The position numbers and the translations under genes are program-made. A stretch of DNA of 64,000 bases from Candidatus Dormiibacterota bacterium (GTDB lineage Bacteria; Chloroflexota; Dormibacteria; Aeolococcales; Bog-877): the NCBI GenBank assembly GCA_963701235.1, contig OY969577.1, forward strand, positions 1,573,363 to 1,637,362, in the 5' to 3' direction. Below the pieces are notes generated by a model, which was given only the letters and a program-made list of their open reading frames with translations, had not been told where the DNA came from and searched no databases. Positions 9,925-20,700 of the stretch are shown piece after piece (positions within the stretch are counted from its first letter, which is position 1; each line of letters begins with the position of its first letter).

Positions 9925-10863
9925 TCAGCCCCGGGTCGGGACCTCCCGAAAACGATCGATGGCGGCCAGGCAGCCGTCGGGGTGGGTAAGAGGCAGCCTG
10001 TGGTCGCCAAATGGGAGAAGCGACAAGCTCACGTTGCGGTGTCGCGCTGCCAGCTCCGAGAGGAGCACCGGGTCAGGAACCGGATCGTTCACGGGCAGGA
10101 CGATGTGCACCGGGGTAGTGATCTGGTCGAACCAAGCCGCACCGTCCGCCTCAACGACGCAGGCCTCGAGGATCTGCCGGTAGGTGCTGACGCTGGGCTC
10201 GAGTCCATTGCGCGGGCCACCGGGTAGGTTCAATCTCAGCAGACGCGCGGCTTGGGCGGCTACCGCCGATCTGGCACCGGGGCCTCCGTAGAGCGCCTCT
10301 GCCAGATTGCGGTTCAGGGGACCACCAAACTGCAGGGGCGTCACGCGGCGGAGACGACGGCGAGCGGACTCGGGGTTCGAGTACAGCAAGGGGCTGATCG
10401 CCACTACTGCCCGCACCCGGGTGGGATGGCTGGCTGCGGCCCGGAGCGCGACAACTGCTCCCAGACCATGGCCGACCCAGAGTGCGGCTCCGGGAATCTC
10501 GAGCCCGTCCAGACTGTGAACCACAGCGTCCACCTGCTGCTCTGGGCCGTACCCATCCTCCGGTCGGGGCGACGATCCGAACCCCAGCAGGTCGGGGACA
10601 ACCAGAGGGCCGGGGTCCCCGAGCTCGTCGAATGCTGAGCCGAAGTACTCGGCCGATCCCGAGAGCGGATGCAACAGCACCACCGGCGCGTCGCCGTGGC
10701 CGAGCACCTCGACACTGAGGTAGGGGTGGCTGAGAACCCGCTCAGGCGGCGACCAGCTCACCTCCCGACGCCGTACCGCCAATCGCGCGGCCAGCGCGGC
10801 TGCCCCGCCCCCTCCCACGGCGGCTGCCGCTAAGGCTGCCTTGCGAGTCCGGGAGCCCCACAC
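9925..10863 (-). CDS. alpha/beta-fold hydrolase
   Basis: HGxG nucleophile-elbow region (WVGHGLGAVVAL), N-terminal hydrophobic anchor, and a C-terminal acid/His region. Confidence 0.6.
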   Translation of the reverse strand: MWGSRTRKAALAAAAVGGGGAAALAARLAVRRREVSWSPPERVLSHPYLSVEVLGHGDAPVVLLHPLSGSAEYFGSAFDELGDPGPLVVPDLLGFGSSPRPEDGYGPEQQVDAVVHSLDGLEIPGAALWVGHGLGAVVALRAAASHPTRVRAVVAISPLLYSNPESARRRLRRVTPLQFGGPLNRNLAEALYGGPGARSAVAAQAARLLRLNLPGGPRNGLEPSVSTYRQILEACVVEADGAAWFDQITTPVHIVLPVNDPVPDPVLLSELAARHRNVSLSLLPFGDHRLPLTHPDGCLAAIDRFREVPTRG

Positions 10864-10972
10864 CTAAGCGCCACCTCTAGGTGGCGCCGGGTTGGGTCCT
10901 GTCTCCACTTGCGAGATCGACGCGCGCTTCTCCAAGACGACAGATGATAAGGACACGCCCTAACGCGACCGA

Positions 10973-12994
10973 TCATCTACCGCCGGCGTTGACCTCGGTT
11001 GACCAGCGCGCGGCCAGGGTCAGGAACGGACCCAGCGAGCCCGGGTCGTCGATGGCCCCTGGGTCGAGGGCCTGGTCTGGAGTCATCCCCTCCAATATCC
11101 GCTTGAGTGGCACCTCCAGTTTCTTGCCACTCCGGGTCCGGGGAATCCTCCCTACCTCCTGGATCAGATCGGGAACGTGGCGGGGTGACAACTGATTCCG
11201 GATCCGCTGCTTGAGCTCCGCCGTCAGCTGGTCGGTAAGGGCGAGCCCCGGGGAAAGGACCACGAAGAGAGCCAGGCGAGAGCTGCCATCGGCTCGGGCA
11301 ACGTCGACAACCAGGCTGTCGCTGAACTCGGCCGCCTCCTCCACCAGTCTGTAAATCTCAGCGGTCCCCATCCGGACTCCGTTACGGTTGATGGTGGCAT
11401 CGGAGCGCCCGTAGATGGCCACTCCCCCATCAGCGCGGACTTTGATCCAATCTCCGTGCCGCCAGACACCGGGAAACGTCGAGAAGTAACTCTCGCGATA
11501 CCGGGCGCCGTCCTCGTCACCCCAGAAGAACACCGGCATCGAGGGCATCGGCTCGGCGATCACCAACTCCCCCACCTCATCGACGACCTCGACTCCGGTC
11601 TCATCGAAGGCCTCAACTCGGGCGCCCAGACCCCGGCACTGGATCACCCCGGCCCGCACCGGCAGCCAGGGACAGCCCAGCACGAAGGCCGTGCAGAGGT
11701 CGGTGCCCCCGCTGAGCGAGGCCAGCCACAGGTCCCGCTTGACCGACTGGTAGACCCACTCGAATCCGGCTGGGGACAAAGGAGATCCTGTCGATCCCAC
11801 GAAACGAATGCTGGCCAGGTCAAACTGCCGGCCGGGTTGAACATCGGCCTTCATGCTGGCGCTCAGATGGCCGGCGCTGGTCCCGAAATGGGTCACCCGC
11901 GCCTCGGCCGCCATTTCCCAGAGCCGGCCGAGGTCTGGCGCCGCTGGACTCCCGTCGTAGAGGACGACCGACGCCCCCACCAGCAGCCCGCTGATCAGGT
12001 AGTTCCACATCATCCAGCCGGTGGTGGTGAACCAGAAGCTGCGGTCGCCGGGCCCCAGGTCGGAGTGAAGGCCCAGAACCTTGAGGTGCTCCAGCACGAT
12101 GCCGCCATGGCTGTGCACGATCGGCTTGGGCGGCCCGGTGGTACCTGACGAGAAGAGGATCCAGAGGGGATGGTCGAAGGGGACCCTGACGAACTCCGGC
12201 TCGACTGGGTCACCCACCAGCTCCGCCCACCCAACGCTCCCGGATGGGTCTTTGGACGCATCGTCCACCAGGTAGGGCACCGTCACCAATTGCACCAGCG
12301 TCGGGAGTCCAGCTTGGAGCTTGGCCACCACTTCTCGGCGGTCGAAATCCGCCCCGCCGTACCGATAACCGTCGGCTGCCAGCAGGACCTTGGGCCGGAT
12401 CTGTTCAAACCGATCCAGCACCGCCCGCTCTCCGAAGTCCGGGGAGCAGCTCGACCAGATCGCGCCCAGGCTGACTGTGGCCAGACAGGCGACCACGGCC
12501 TCAGGGATGTTGGGCAGGTAGGCGGCCACCCGATCTCCCCGCCGCACACCCATCTCCCGGAGGTGGGCGGCGACACTGCCTACCTGCTGGCGGACCTCGG
12601 CGCCGCTCAGCTGGTGCCTGGGCCGGAGCTCAGAGAAGGCGATCAGGGCGAGGTCAGATCCCGAGATCGACCTCAATGCGTTCTCCGCGTAGTTGAGCGT
12701 GGCTCCCGGATACCATTCGACCTCGGGCATGACGCCACCCCTCAGCGCCGGGCCTCGACCCCGGTCGCCGACCACTTCGAAGTAGCGCCAGATGGAGTCC
12801 CAGAAAGACGCGAGGTCGCGGGTGGACCACTCCCACAGTTCTGGGTAGTCAGCCGTGAGCAGTCCTCGTTCCCGCGCCAGCCAGGTCGCGTAGTCGGTCA
12901 ATCGCGACCTGGCCACCCTCTCTGCTGGAGGCGTCCAAAGCAGGGCGCCCTCTTCAGGTCCGGACCGGTCGGCCACGGGCGCACCATACGTCAT
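10973..12994 (-). CDS. acetoacetate--CoA ligase (acetoacetyl-CoA synthetase)
   Basis: 673 aa. N-terminal SFWDSIWR.. signature of acetoacetyl-CoA synthetases, and AMP-binding motifs (SSGTTGPPK, YGxTE-like). Confidence 0.8.
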   Translation of the reverse strand: MTYGAPVADRSGPEEGALLWTPPAERVARSRLTDYATWLARERGLLTADYPELWEWSTRDLASFWDSIWRYFEVVGDRGRGPALRGGVMPEVEWYPGATLNYAENALRSISGSDLALIAFSELRPRHQLSGAEVRQQVGSVAAHLREMGVRRGDRVAAYLPNIPEAVVACLATVSLGAIWSSCSPDFGERAVLDRFEQIRPKVLLAADGYRYGGADFDRREVVAKLQAGLPTLVQLVTVPYLVDDASKDPSGSVGWAELVGDPVEPEFVRVPFDHPLWILFSSGTTGPPKPIVHSHGGIVLEHLKVLGLHSDLGPGDRSFWFTTTGWMMWNYLISGLLVGASVVLYDGSPAAPDLGRLWEMAAEARVTHFGTSAGHLSASMKADVQPGRQFDLASIRFVGSTGSPLSPAGFEWVYQSVKRDLWLASLSGGTDLCTAFVLGCPWLPVRAGVIQCRGLGARVEAFDETGVEVVDEVGELVIAEPMPSMPVFFWGDEDGARYRESYFSTFPGVWRHGDWIKVRADGGVAIYGRSDATINRNGVRMGTAEIYRLVEEAAEFSDSLVVDVARADGSSRLALFVVLSPGLALTDQLTAELKQRIRNQLSPRHVPDLIQEVGRIPRTRSGKKLEVPLKRILEGMTPDQALDPGAIDDPGSLGPFLTLAARWSTEVNAGGR

Positions 12995-13013
12995 CCCGGG
13001 CAGCGTCCCGGGG

Positions 13014-13400
13014 CTAGCTCAAGGGGCTGTCCACGATCCGGAACGGGATGTCGGCGTCGTCGGAAATGTGGTAGCTGGCACAGATCCGGTGGTAGCCATC
13101 GGCGACGATCAGAGGCACCCCCTGGGGCAGGTCTCCCCTCACCAGCAGCACCGGCGAGAGCAGTCCCCCCTTGCGCACGGTCCTGAGGTCGCGCAGCACT
13201 TCAAGGTCTTCCATCGGCATCAGCGGCAGCCGACTCGCCCGCAACAGGTCCTTGGCCTTGCCATGACTCACCGGAGCTGCCTTCAGCTTCCGCACCACCG
13301 CAGCGACATCGGTCCGACCCAGTGTCAGGGAGAGATAGGCGCTGGCAGCCGGGTAGTCATGCGGATCCGGCTCCGACTTCCAGTGCTCTTTCTTGGCCAA
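13014..13400 (-). CDS. hypothetical protein, possibly ParB/sulfiredoxin-like domain
   Basis: 128 aa. The segment LLSPVLLVRGDLPQGVPLIVADGYHRICA weakly resembles the ParB N-terminal (ParBc) fold. Coding-like GC3. Confidence 0.35.
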   Translation of the reverse strand: MAKKEHWKSEPDPHDYPAASAYLSLTLGRTDVAAVVRKLKAAPVSHGKAKDLLRASRLPLMPMEDLEVLRDLRTVRKGGLLSPVLLVRGDLPQGVPLIVADGYHRICASYHISDDADIPFRIVDSPLS

Positions 13401-13463
13401 TTACCCACCTCCTCCCGCATCGCAACTCACTCCAAGCAGGCCGACCAGCCTGACGCACGCAGC

Positions 13464-14345
13464 CTAAGGCTTTGTCCGCCGGACCGGGACGTCAACCGCC
13501 CGATGCACCGGATTGAAAATCGACCGGTTACCTGCTCCCTGGGCTGCCGCTTCGGCGACCGGATCCTGACCCCCCGGGCCTCTGAGCACATAAGCGATCG
13601 CCACCGCGATCACCATCCCCAGCACCGGGCCGATCGCATAGACCCAGTAATTGGTGAAGTTGAGAATCACCAGTTCGGGACCGAATGAGCGAGCGGGGTT
13701 CATCGAGGCGCCGCTGATCGGGCTGGCCCAGAGGCCGGCCAGGGCGATGTACCCAGCCACTGCCAGGGCGGATAGAGCCCCGACGTTCTGAGCGCCAGAC
13801 GCGGTTCCCAGAATCGTGGTCACCAGGCCCAGAGTGAGCAGCGCCTCGATCATCATGGCCTCGCCGCCGGAGATCCCGGCTCCCGGCTCGGTAGCACCGA
13901 GCATGCCTGCCTGCCCGAGCACCACGGATAGGAACACGCAGGCCAGGGTGGCTCCCAGGAGCTGCGCGATCACGTATGCAGGCACCCGGCGCCAGGGGAA
14001 GTCCCTGCGCATGGCAAAGGCCAGGCTCACGACTGGGTTGAGGTGCGCTCCAGAGACCTTGCCCATCGAAAGGATGACCGCCATCACCATCAGGGCGGGC
14101 GCCACCACCTCCGCCGTCCGCCCCACGGATCCGTGGCTGACGGCGGATACCACGCCCGCTCCGGCAGCGACGGTAACCAGCATGAAGGTCCCCAAGACCT
14201 CGGCGAAGATCCGGCGCCACTCCTGGGTGGGGTCCAGAAAGACAGCGATCCAAGCTGGCTCGAGGTGCTCAAGAGCCGCCGCCCCGGCATCACTAGCGGG
14301 CTGGGCCGGCCCTTCGTGACCGGCCGGGGGGTCAGGATTGGCCAT
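13464..14345 (-). CDS. MIP-family channel (aquaporin / glycerol facilitator)
   Basis: Two NPA boxes (HLNPVVS and NPARSFGP) and six TM helices. Confidence 0.8.
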   Translation of the reverse strand: MANPDPPAGHEGPAQPASDAGAAALEHLEPAWIAVFLDPTQEWRRIFAEVLGTFMLVTVAAGAGVVSAVSHGSVGRTAEVVAPALMVMAVILSMGKVSGAHLNPVVSLAFAMRRDFPWRRVPAYVIAQLLGATLACVFLSVVLGQAGMLGATEPGAGISGGEAMMIEALLTLGLVTTILGTASGAQNVGALSALAVAGYIALAGLWASPISGASMNPARSFGPELVILNFTNYWVYAIGPVLGMVIAVAIAYVLRGPGGQDPVAEAAAQGAGNRSIFNPVHRAVDVPVRRTKP

Positions 14346-14474
14346 CGAGGCGCAAGTAAACGCGATCTGGGCCTCCCCGCGCTTGCTAAAGGCTGGGACC
14401 CCATGTCGTGAATCGATGGCGCCGGTTCGACTGTCCCGAACCTTCAGCTGCCTGTGTGGAACGGGTCCCTGCGG

Positions 14475-15350
14475 TTAGCTGGGCTGGCGCACCGCCCAGG
14501 CGCCGGTTCGGGTTGCGGTCAGCTGGAAGTACGCGCGCCGCACCGCGACCTGGGCGACGGCCGCGGGGAACGCGGTATCGGCTTCGAAGTCAATCGGCCG
14601 GCGCGAGGCTTGAAACCCGGTCCGGGCGAGGTCCGCCAGATGCTGCAGCTCAGCCTGCTGGTTCCGCCCGAAGGTGGAGTCGACCACGGCCCCGTGGCCG
14701 GGGACGAGCTTCTCCGGACCCAGCTCCAGGAGAACGCCCAACGTGTCTGGCCAATCGAGGGGGAAGGAGTCGTCGAACGAAGGCGGTTCACCCTCTTCGA
14801 GAAGATCTCCGGCGAAGAGCACCCGGGCGTCACCAACCCAGACCGCCCCGTCGTTGTCGGTGTGGCCTCGACCGGGGTGGATCAGGGTTACGACTCGCTC
14901 ACCCAGGTCGAGCTCGGCCCGGTCGTCGAAGAGACATCCGGCCTGGACGATCGGGCTGGCTGCGACCTGTTGCGCAAGTCCAGGATCGGTCTCGCGGAGC
15001 CGAGCGACCACGGCGCGTTGCTCGACCGGCCCCTCCCAGCGCAGATGCTCGGCGCAGAGCCGCTGACTCCAGATCGCTTCGGCCTCCAGCGCTCCGTTGC
15101 CGAAGCAGTGGTCGAAGTGGTTGTGGGTGTTGACGGCCTCAAGGGGACGATCCGCCGCCACCTGCTTGGCCAAGTGCACCAGCTCCTGTCCCTCGGTCAG
15201 GGAAGCACCGGTGTCCACCAGCAGAGCCCGCTCCCGGCCCAGTACCAGGCCGACGTTCGCCCGAAACGGATCGAGGGGCATCGTGAAGAGCCCCTCAGCC
15301 AACTCCTGCCAGCCACGGGTCGGGGCCATGGGCACATCTTGCGCTGGCAT
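14475..15350 (-). CDS. MBL-fold metallo-hydrolase
   Basis: HxHxDH motif (THNHFDHCFG) and downstream His/Asp ligands (HPGRGHTDND, GHG). Confidence 0.7.
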   Translation of the reverse strand: MPAQDVPMAPTRGWQELAEGLFTMPLDPFRANVGLVLGRERALLVDTGASLTEGQELVHLAKQVAADRPLEAVNTHNHFDHCFGNGALEAEAIWSQRLCAEHLRWEGPVEQRAVVARLRETDPGLAQQVAASPIVQAGCLFDDRAELDLGERVVTLIHPGRGHTDNDGAVWVGDARVLFAGDLLEEGEPPSFDDSFPLDWPDTLGVLLELGPEKLVPGHGAVVDSTFGRNQQAELQHLADLARTGFQASRRPIDFEADTAFPAAVAQVAVRRAYFQLTATRTGAWAVRQPS

Positions 15351-15585
15351 GCGCCAAATGCGGCGTTTCGGGTTAGATGTTACGAAATCGTGAGCCTCGA
15401 TGATCTGCGACCACGGCCTTGGGGGATCCCGCGGGCCGTACTATCGAGACGGCAATTTTGGAGAACGCGGCGGCGTCCTTAGGAAGGTTGGAGGGCAGCA
15501 GGCAGTGGCGGACGCGATCGGCGAAATCCCGCTCGCGCCACCGGTACCCCGGGTTGGCGGAGCAAAACCGGCCCTGGTCGCGATC

Positions 15586-16122
15586 GTGCCAATTCGGGCC
15601 CTGCCCCTGGTGGCGGCTGCCCTGGCATTTCTGGTCACTGCCATCGTCGGCAATTGGTTTTGGGCGCTGGACTTTCTCCACGTCGCCGGCGGTGGTCTCT
15701 GGACCGGGGTCGATCTATTCGTCGGACTGGTGATCGGGCCGATCCTGGGGCGGATGTCGATCCCGGCTCGAACTGAGTTCGCCACCAGGTTCATGCCCAA
15801 GATGTTGGTGATCATGCCGACCCTGGTAATCATCACTCTGGCCTCGGGACTGCAGCTGGCGCGGCTGACGGGAACTCTGGCCGTCCCCTACCCCAACCAC
15901 TGGTGGCTGGTGGCTTCGTTCGTCGTCGTCGGGCTGATGGCGGTAATCGCGATCGGGGTCCTGGAGCCCGCCAATCTGGCGGTCCTCTTCGAATTGAAGA
16001 AGCCGAGCCCCAACGGCCAACTCATCGGCGGGCTCATGCGACGCTTCATCTACACCGCCGGGATCACCGGTGTGCTCCAGGTGGCGACCTTGATCATCAT
16101 GACCCGGATCGCTACGTGGTAA
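15586..16122 (+). CDS. hypothetical integral membrane protein
   Basis: Several TM helices. Start uncertain (the track ORF begins at 15400; the first hydrophobic segment begins near 15586). Confidence 0.4.
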   Translation: MPIRALPLVAAALAFLVTAIVGNWFWALDFLHVAGGGLWTGVDLFVGLVIGPILGRMSIPARTEFATRFMPKMLVIMPTLVIITLASGLQLARLTGTLAVPYPNHWWLVASFVVVGLMAVIAIGVLEPANLAVLFELKKPSPNGQLIGGLMRRFIYTAGITGVLQVATLIIMTRIATW

Positions 16123-16544
16123 CCGGTGGGCCACCCGCCACCAGCCGCCAGCTCCCGCCGATCACGGCGGTGGTGGTGCTGTCGATGGCGATGGTGATCG
16201 CCGGCGGCATCTACCTGGCGGCATATTTGCCCAAACAGGCGCCGTTGCCGCTTCCGATCGCGCTGGTGACCGTGGGGGTGGTCCTCTTCGCGGTCGCCGC
16301 GCTGATGCTGACTCGACTCGGCGAGTTCGCCTGGGACCGCTTTTTTCAGGTCGGCGGTTGGGCGTTGCTGGCGTACGTGGTCATCGTCGGGATGCTGGAG
16401 TTGGTCCTGGTAATCGACCAGACCCGTGGTGCGCTCTTAGCCCTCCTGACGGTGATCCTGCTGATCTTCGCGCTCGACATCCCGCTGTTGCTGGGCTTCT
16501 CGGTAGCTCGTTTTCAGGAAACAGCGAGCCCGCCAACCTCCTAG
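16116..16544 (+). CDS. hypothetical integral membrane protein
   Basis: Four TM helices. The GTG start overlaps the stop of the upstream membrane-protein gene (TGGTAA). The two could be one gene split by a frameshift. Confidence 0.35.
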   Translation: MVTGGPPATSRQLPPITAVVVLSMAMVIAGGIYLAAYLPKQAPLPLPIALVTVGVVLFAVAALMLTRLGEFAWDRFFQVGGWALLAYVVIVGMLELVLVIDQTRGALLALLTVILLIFALDIPLLLGFSVARFQETASPPTS

Positions 16545-16721
16545 AGGACGAACCGCCAACAGCGAGGTGACGGCAATCGCACAAAGATCGGCGGGCTTCC
16601 GGTCCAACTGCTGAACCGCTCGGGGAGATTGCGACTTGGCGAGTCATCTGCAACCTCTGTGCCGGACCCGGGATCAGTCGCCTCGAAGGTAGTGTGCGGC
16701 CTCCGGCTCGACCGCCAACTG

Positions 16722-17159
16722 TCATCGCCGCTCGGCCACCTCTCTTAGTAGAAACAGGACCTGGGCTATGGACCGTTCCAGGTCCTCCTCCCTCCACTTC
16801 AAGACGTCCTTGCCATCGGCGAGCGCTATCGCATTGGGCATCTTGTTGCGAAAGGGATCGACCGCCGCCAGCTGAGCCGACAAGGCCCGCTGCAGTCGCC
16901 GCCTCTCAACCGCACCGGCCGAGTTTGGTGCCTTGGGAAAGCTGGGCCCCAGTTGGCCCAGAAACACGGCTTGCATCTCGAGGAGGAACACCAGCAATAG
17001 CTCGAGGCGTCGCAGCTCGGAGTCGGTCTTCGCCAGCTCCTGCGCCCGACGCGCCGCCGCCGCCGAGCGCCGCTCGATGCTCCAAATCCCGACGCCGACG
17101 AACAGGAGGACAAAGAGGATGAGGATCGAAACCAGTAACTGCGCAGCCTCCACGGCCAA
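16722..17159 (-). CDS. hypothetical membrane-anchored protein
   Basis: N-terminal TM helix followed by a charged, coiled-coil-like region. Confidence 0.35.
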   Translation of the reverse strand: MAVEAAQLLVSILILFVLLFVGVGIWSIERRSAAAARRAQELAKTDSELRRLELLLVFLLEMQAVFLGQLGPSFPKAPNSAGAVERRRLQRALSAQLAAVDPFRNKMPNAIALADGKDVLKWREEDLERSIAQVLFLLREVAERR

Positions 17160-17257
17160 AACTCTAGGCCGCCGTCGGCGGCTACGCCGGATGCATCAGC
17201 CGCTTGGTTGCGAAGTCAGCCTTCTGCCTTCGTGACCCGCTCGTCCCGCCGGGATGC

Positions 17258-17692
17258 CTACCGGCGCTCGACCGCGGCCTTGAGTCCCTCCAGCACCGGA
17301 CCCCAGTTGTTTTCAGCCATCTTGTCGGCCTCTTCCTGGCTGGCGTTGTTGTCTTGCTTGACGGTGAGAGTGGTCGTGCCCTCCTCCCCGGCCAGCTCAT
17401 AAGTCACCGTGTGGTAATTGTCGGGCGTGTCCTCGGTGCCAGCCGTCGGGCTCCAGTGCGTCACCCTAAGCAGCTGGCGTGGTTTGACCTCGAGCACGCT
17501 GCCCTTGTCCTCGTAGGTACTGCCCTGCCACTCGCCTTTCCAGGTGATCGGGCTTCCGACCTGCCAGTCGGTCTCCATGTTCGTTCCGTACATGTATTGC
17601 CTCACCATCTCGGGGTCCGTCAGGGCCTGCCACACTGCATCGGCCGAGGCATTGATGGTGATCGACTTCTCAGCCACAAACGAATCTTTCAC
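17258..17692 (-). CDS. SRPBCC-family protein (Aha1/activator of Hsp90 ATPase homolog-like domain)
   Basis: 144 aa with the characteristic SRPBCC/AHSA1 pattern (INASADAVWQALTDPEMVRQY...GS..T..WKGEW). Confidence 0.6.
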   Translation of the reverse strand: MKDSFVAEKSITINASADAVWQALTDPEMVRQYMYGTNMETDWQVGSPITWKGEWQGSTYEDKGSVLEVKPRQLLRVTHWSPTAGTEDTPDNYHTVTYELAGEEGTTTLTVKQDNNASQEEADKMAENNWGPVLEGLKAAVERR

Positions 17693-17771
17693 GATCTCTT
17701 CATATCACTACCGCGGCACTGGCGTGCGGTTGGCCACTATCCTTGCCGGATTTGCGTGGCGAGTTTGGTTT

Positions 17772-20700
17772 TTAGGCGGATGCGCTCTCCCTGGCGCTGG
17801 GCGTGCCGAGGCGCTCAATCCAGGGGTGCGCCTGCAGGCTCTGAAAGGTCCCCAGGGCCAGATCGCGCAGCGGCCCTGCCTTGTCCTCACGACCGCGAGC
17901 CAGCAGCCACTCAGCGTGCTCGGTCTGGGTCACTGCGAGGTCGAAGGGCGCGCCGAGATCCCGGAACCCAGCTTCGGCCGCCACAAACCCCGGTTCCACC
18001 AAATCATCCTGGCCGGCGGCCGTGGACAACCTGGCACCGAGCCTAGCCACCTGGGCCCGGAGCCAGGGCGTGACCTGCCCTGAATGGGCCTGCCTGACCG
18101 TGTCCAGTAACTCATGGGCACGGCCCAGGTCGCCCTGATCCAGCGCAGCCTCGACGGCCTTGATCAACAGCCTCTTGACGTGGCTCTGGGTGAGCCCGAT
18201 TCCGAGCTCGGCTCGGGTCGCCAGGAACTCCTCGGCGGCCGCCAGGGCTTCGGCCGGGCTGCCCTCCGCACGACGGACCTCGGCCATCGCCGCCGCGAAC
18301 TCCCCCTTAGTCTCCCAGTCCTCGGAACTGCGCGCGGACTTCATTGACTCGATCGTCGCCTTGGCCTTGGCGAGGTCCCCCCGGTGGACATCGATCGTGG
18401 TAAGGGCCAGGAGTGCTGCTGTCCAGGTCTCCAAAGACTCAAATTCCTCTGCGTTGCGCACCGTCTCGGCCTGCACCTCGGCTTCCTCCCAGCGACCAAG
18501 GTTGATCAGTGAGCCGAGCGAGCCGGTGAGTACGGTCAACTCCCAGAAGCGATCGCCCACCCGGTGGGCCAACTCCAAACGCTGCTCGTCCATGGCGACC
18601 GATTCAGCCCAGCGATCCTGGGCGATCAGGGCCACCGCCAGGTTGTTGTAGGCCCGTTGCGCCGCGGCCGTGAGGCCGTCCTCGAGAGCCACCTCCAAGG
18701 CTCGCCGGAGCAGAACACCTGCCTCGTCCAGCCGGTCACTGTGCATTAGGCTGACCGCCTTGCTGCTGAGTGCCTGGGAGTAGACCTCTCGGAGCTCGAG
18801 ATGCTCGGCGAGTTCCAGGCCCTCCTCGAGCACGGGATTCGCCTCGTCGTAACGTCCGGCCAGGGCGAGGATGCGGCCCAGTTGGGCCGCCACCAGGGCC
18901 AGATCGGGGTCGGCCCGGCCACCGGCAAGCCCGGAGTAGGCCTTCTGCATGCGCTCGATGGCCTGCTCCACGTGACCGCGGACCCATTCCGCCCCGGCCA
19001 AGCGAGCCTGGACCCTCGCCGCCGCGCGAGTGTTGTCCGCGGCTTCGAACAGCCGGCTGGCCTCCTCATATCGGCTGGCCGCCTCATCCGGGCGTCCCCG
19101 CAGCTCCGCCATCTCGCCCGCTCGCTCGGTGAGGGCCGCCTGCTCCAGTCCCGATTCGCTCAGCTCGGCGGCTCTAACGAAGGCGAGCTCCGCCTCTTCC
19201 GCTGCGGCCAGCGCAGCCGCCCGCTCCGCCGCCCGCACCAGCATCTCGCGGGCCTTGTTCTTGATCTCCCGGGCGCCAGGTTCGTCCGGGTCCAGGCGCC
19301 AGGCTTCCAGGTAGTGCGAGGCCAGGACTTCGACTATCTCCTCGGCGTCCCTGCCCCTGGTCCGCTCGAGATAGGTGGCGACTGCGAGGTGCTTCGACCG
19401 ACGTTCCCGCTTGGAGAGGGTCTCGTAGGCGACGGTGCGCACCAGGTCCTGCAGGAACCCGTATTGACCCCGCTCTGGGGAGCGGGGGTCGGCTTGGACC
19501 GAGAGCACCTCCTTGGCCACCAGGGTGCTGAGGATCGGCCCGAGCTCGTTCTCACTGTGGCCCGAGAGCGCTGCCAGGCCCTGAAGCGTGAAGGTCTTGC
19601 CCAGGACCGAGGCATCTTGGGCCAGCTGTCGCTCCTCTGGGGACATTCCGTCCAGACGTGCCGCGATCAGTGCCTGGAGGGTCTCCGGCACCTCGAGGGT
19701 GTCGATCTGTCCGGTGGGGCGGTAGGCCGAGCCCTCCTCGACTAGAAGTCCCCGGTCCAGCAGCATCCTCACCGTCTCCACCGCGTAGAGGGGGATCCCC
19801 TCCGCCCGCCCCCGGATGCGCTCGGCCAGCGGCTTGGGCAGCCCTGGGACCAAGCCGGTGAGGAGTTTGTCCATGGCCGCCGGCGTGAGCGGTTCGAGGT
19901 GGACCGAGGTGGCGTTCCGGGTCGACGCCGCCAGAGCGGTGGCGGCCACGTCGGGGCGGACCAGACTCACCACGAACAGGGGATACGCCCTCGACCACTC
20001 CATTAGATAGGCGATGAACTCCAGCAGCGAGGGGTCGGCCCACTGCATGTCCTCGAAGACCATCAGCACCGGGCTCTGCTCGGCTAGGCGCTCGAAGAAG
20101 AGGCGCCAGGCGGCAAAGAGGTCCTGCTTGTCGGGTGCGGTCCGCTCCTCCAAGCCGATCAGGTGAGCTAGACGGGGAAAGACGAAACGACGGTCCTCTA
20201 AGTCGGGGACATATTCATCGACCGCGGCCTGGAGCTTGGCCGCCGCCGACTCGCGGTTCTCTGCCTCCAGGATGCCCGCCCGGCCTCGCACCATCTCCGC
20301 GAGTGCGAAGTAGGTCACGCCCTGCCCGTAGGCCAGACAGCGGCCCTGGTGCCAGAAGTAGCCCGACTGCAGGCCGTCCATGTATTTGAAGAACTCCCAG
20401 GCCAGCCGGGACTTGCCAATCCCGGCGATCCCGGTGACCTGCAGCAGGTGGGCCCGCTTGTCCTCGGTGCAGGCGTGGAAGACCTCCTTGACCAGCCTCA
20501 GCTCACGATCACGACCCACGAACGGCGCCTCCAAGCGCTCGGACTTGAGCAGGCCGCCGCGGCCGGCCACCACCCGGAGCGCGCGATAGAGCGGGACCGG
20601 TTCGGCCTTGCCCTTCAACTCGTGGGTGCCGACATCCTGGTAGGCGACGGCCGCCTCGGTGACCCGCTTGGTGCTCTCGCCTACCAGCACCGTCCCGGGC

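Noticed and set aside
11456-13186. 230- and 338-aa ORFs antisense to acetoacetyl-CoA synthetase
   Set aside because: Pro/Arg/Gly-rich antisense artefacts. The sense strand carries clear AMP-binding motifs.
14408-15482. Long plus-strand ORFs (241 and 342 aa) overlapping the MBL hydrolase on the opposite strand
   Set aside because: Arg/Pro-rich composition. The opposite strand encodes a protein with clear MBL motifs. Spurious.
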